Assembly (NCBI GenBank): GCA_002269645.1
Contig: NIVC01003656.1
Location: 61,011 to 125,010, forward strand
Reading direction: 5' to 3'
DNA: 64,000 nucleotides
From: Macrostomum lignano
Taxonomy: Eukaryota
Position numbers and translations under genes: made by a program. Positions 61,814-64,000 of this stretch are shown here, piece after piece. Each line of letters opens with the position of its first letter. Within the stretch, counting starts at the first letter, position 1. The notes under the pieces are model-generated. The model searched no databases. It saw only the letters and a program-made list of their open reading frames with translations, and was not told the origin of the DNA.

Positions 61814-63040
61814 TTAATTGTCTGTCAGTGGCTCCGGGAACACCGGCTGCTGCTGCTGTCTCTCGAGAGCTTCGGCTTTCACAGAGGCCGCCTTCTCCAT
61901 CAGGTGCTTCAGCATGTGCTCCTCCAGCTCCTGCTTAGTCAGCAGGCAGCCGCAAATGCAGCGATCCATCGAGCTGTCACCGGCGGAGCTGGTGTCGCTG
62001 GCATCGCTGTCCTCAGTTTTTGACGGCGTTTCAAACTTTTCCGGCTTAACGTCCTGACGCCCTCGCTTGCCTTCCGGCCTGCAGCTGGCTGAATCAAGCA
62101 GGATGTCCTCGATTCTGAACGGATAGGGTTTCGACTGCCGCGGCGTTGAGATCTCGGCCAGTTTGCCCGTTGCAACCGTTGAGTCTTTCGATCTCTTCAG
62201 CGAGCCGCCCGGCGGTTTCGGCTTATGCCAGCGCTTGTGGCTTGCCAGGTTGGCCGGGCAGTTGAACGACTTGTCGCACTCCTCGCATTTGTAGTGGATG
62301 TGCTCGATGCCCGGGCAGCGGTGCTGGGCCAGTTGGAACGCGTCCGGGTACTTCACCGAGCACAGCTGGCAGTCGAAGTCGCCAATCACATTTTTTATCT
62401 TGGCAAGCTGCGCTTTGGTCTCCGGCGTGACGGCCACGAACTTTGACGGCTCGGGGATGTCGGCCGATTGACGGACACCGTCCTTGTCCGTCAGCTTGCG
62501 AATGAGGGTGCCGCTCACCGGGCTTCTGTTGTCGTTGTCGCCGTCCTTCGGCGCCGCTGTTCGACGATTTGCCTTTCGTTTCGGGCCCGCCTGGGACTTT
62601 GGTGGCGGTGGCGGCGGGGGCGGCGGAGGTGGTGGCGGAGGCGGCGGCGGCGGCAGGGGATGCGGCGGTGAATTCGATGGCGATGACTTCAAAGGCAGTT
62701 TGCTGTTCAAGAACTCGTGCATCGTTGATTGCGGCGGTCGCTGCAGAGGAGGTGGCGGCGGAGGGGGAGGCAGCGGCGACGGCAGAGGATGCGGCGGCAT
62801 CAGCGACTGCTGCATCAAGCAGTTCAGGTGCACCATGTTGAGCGGGTCAAGAAACGGCGCGGCAGAAGCGTGCGGATGAAGTCCAGGTGGGAAATTGTAA
62901 GGATGGCAACCGATGTTGGGAAACATCTGCGGTGGCGGCGGTGGCAGCGGCGGAGGCGGCGGAGGCGGAATTCGGCCGAAGCTGCCCTGCTGCAGCCACG
63001 GTGGCCTGCGGCCGAAGTGGGCAAAGTACGGAGCTGTCAT
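61814..63040 (-). CDS. INSM-like: INSM/IA-1 (nerfin/EGL-46) C2H2 zinc-finger transcription factor, intronless, proline-rich N-terminus
   Basis: SPVSGTLIR..., IGDFDCQLCSVKYPDAFQLAQHRCPGIEHIHYKCEECDKSFNCPANLASHKRWHKP is the family's diagnostic finger pair. The first in-frame ATG is at 63040 (the track start is TTG). Confidence 0.92.
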   Translation of the reverse strand: MTAPYFAHFGRRPPWLQQGSFGRIPPPPPPPLPPPPPQMFPNIGCHPYNFPPGLHPHASAAPFLDPLNMVHLNCLMQQSLMPPHPLPSPLPPPPPPPPLQRPPQSTMHEFLNSKLPLKSSPSNSPPHPLPPPPPPPPPPPPPPPPPPKSQAGPKRKANRRTAAPKDGDNDNRSPVSGTLIRKLTDKDGVRQSADIPEPSKFVAVTPETKAQLAKIKNVIGDFDCQLCSVKYPDAFQLAQHRCPGIEHIHYKCEECDKSFNCPANLASHKRWHKPKPPGGSLKRSKDSTVATGKLAEISTPRQSKPYPFRIEDILLDSASCRPEGKRGRQDVKPEKFETPSKTEDSDASDTSSAGDSSMDRCICGCLLTKQELEEHMLKHLMEKAASVKAEALERQQQQPVFPEPLTDN

Positions 63041-64000
63041 GCTGGAGGCTGGAGGCCGGAGGCGGTTGAGGAAGGAAGAGCCTGAACGATCGAGTCGAAA
63101 TTCGATGCGGGTTCGATGCGAGAGCCGACAGGTGATGCAGCTATTTCCGATGGGAGTCCCAGCCTCCGCTCCTCCCAAAGCTCCTGCTCAGGATCCCATT
63201 GGTCGCGGCCTGCCCGCGGACTCAAACTCCCCTCCCCCCTAAGAATTTCTGCTTCTCCCCAGTGTCGGAGCGAGAATGCGAGGCTGCTCAGGCTTTGAGG
63301 GGTAGAGCAGAGATGAAGAATAGCTGGAATTGGAAAACTCTAAGGGGGAGGAGTCTGACTGCGGTCCAGCCAATGCGAGAGCGCTCCCTATACACCCCTA
63401 CAAAGAAATCCCAAATCCTCATCAATATTTCCTTTACAGAGACCAAAGAGACCCCCAACTGTTGGGGCCTGAATTTCATGCTGTGAGCCAAGGCGGGTCA
63501 AACATCGTCAAACACCCATTGGCAGCTCTCATATATTTGCCCGAAGACAATTCAATCTAATTGATTGCGCCTCTCAACTCATTGCTTTTTTCTCACTGCT
63601 CTTCTGCCACGCGACAGAAAATTGACACAACGAAATCTCCAACCTATGAATATACGCTTGTAGTTGATAAATATTTGCACACTCTGTCTGTAGAATTGAA
63701 CAAATCTGATTTTATTTTTAGATTGAAAGAGAAGAGACGGCGCAAGGTGTTATAATTCGGTTGATCAGCTGAATCTGAGCATGAAAGAAGCGGAGTGACT
63801 GTGCGAAGCAATAAATCTTTGTGTGCCATTGATTGGGGAAGTGGCGGTGAATTGCGATCGCTCCAGATCTAGCTGAAAGGCCACCACTACTCAGAATTAA
63901 AAGTGGGGGGGGGGCTATACAAGCTATAAAGGATATATACAGCAAGTGTGTGTTTTATCTACACTGTGCAGAGATTTGTCAGGGCAGGAACTCGCCACCC

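Noticed and set aside
63041-63178. ORF-track N-terminus of INSM
   Set aside because: Begins at TTG; a eukaryotic start is more plausibly ATG 63040.

Overview
This is eukaryotic (metazoan) genomic DNA: GC-rich exons, short AT-rich GT-AG introns, and a large share of the window in tandem repeats. That style suggests a repeat-rich invertebrate such as a macrostomid flatworm, which is inference only. Recognisable genes are an IDO-family dioxygenase exon, a spliced TTLL10-like tubulin ligase, a 4.9-kb exon encoding four extended Tudor domains with an acidic 37-aa repeat, and an intronless INSM/nerfin/EGL-46 zinc-finger gene. One or two unidentified multi-exon + strand genes flank an ~18.7-kb 30-bp satellite, and the huge ORFs in that satellite are artefacts of its periodicity. 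Mobile DNA includes two LINE 3' ends tail-to-tail, hAT-type MITEs with 8-bp TSDs, an inverted pair of ~785-bp MITEs with 4-bp TSDs, and a decayed KDZ (Kyakuja-Dileera-Zisupton) transposase. The most notable feature is an intact 1.1-kb miniature LTR element (TRIM) with identical 147-bp LTRs, PBS, PPT, 4-bp TSD and internal splice signals. It is nested in a minisatellite that itself appears to lie inside a MITE.
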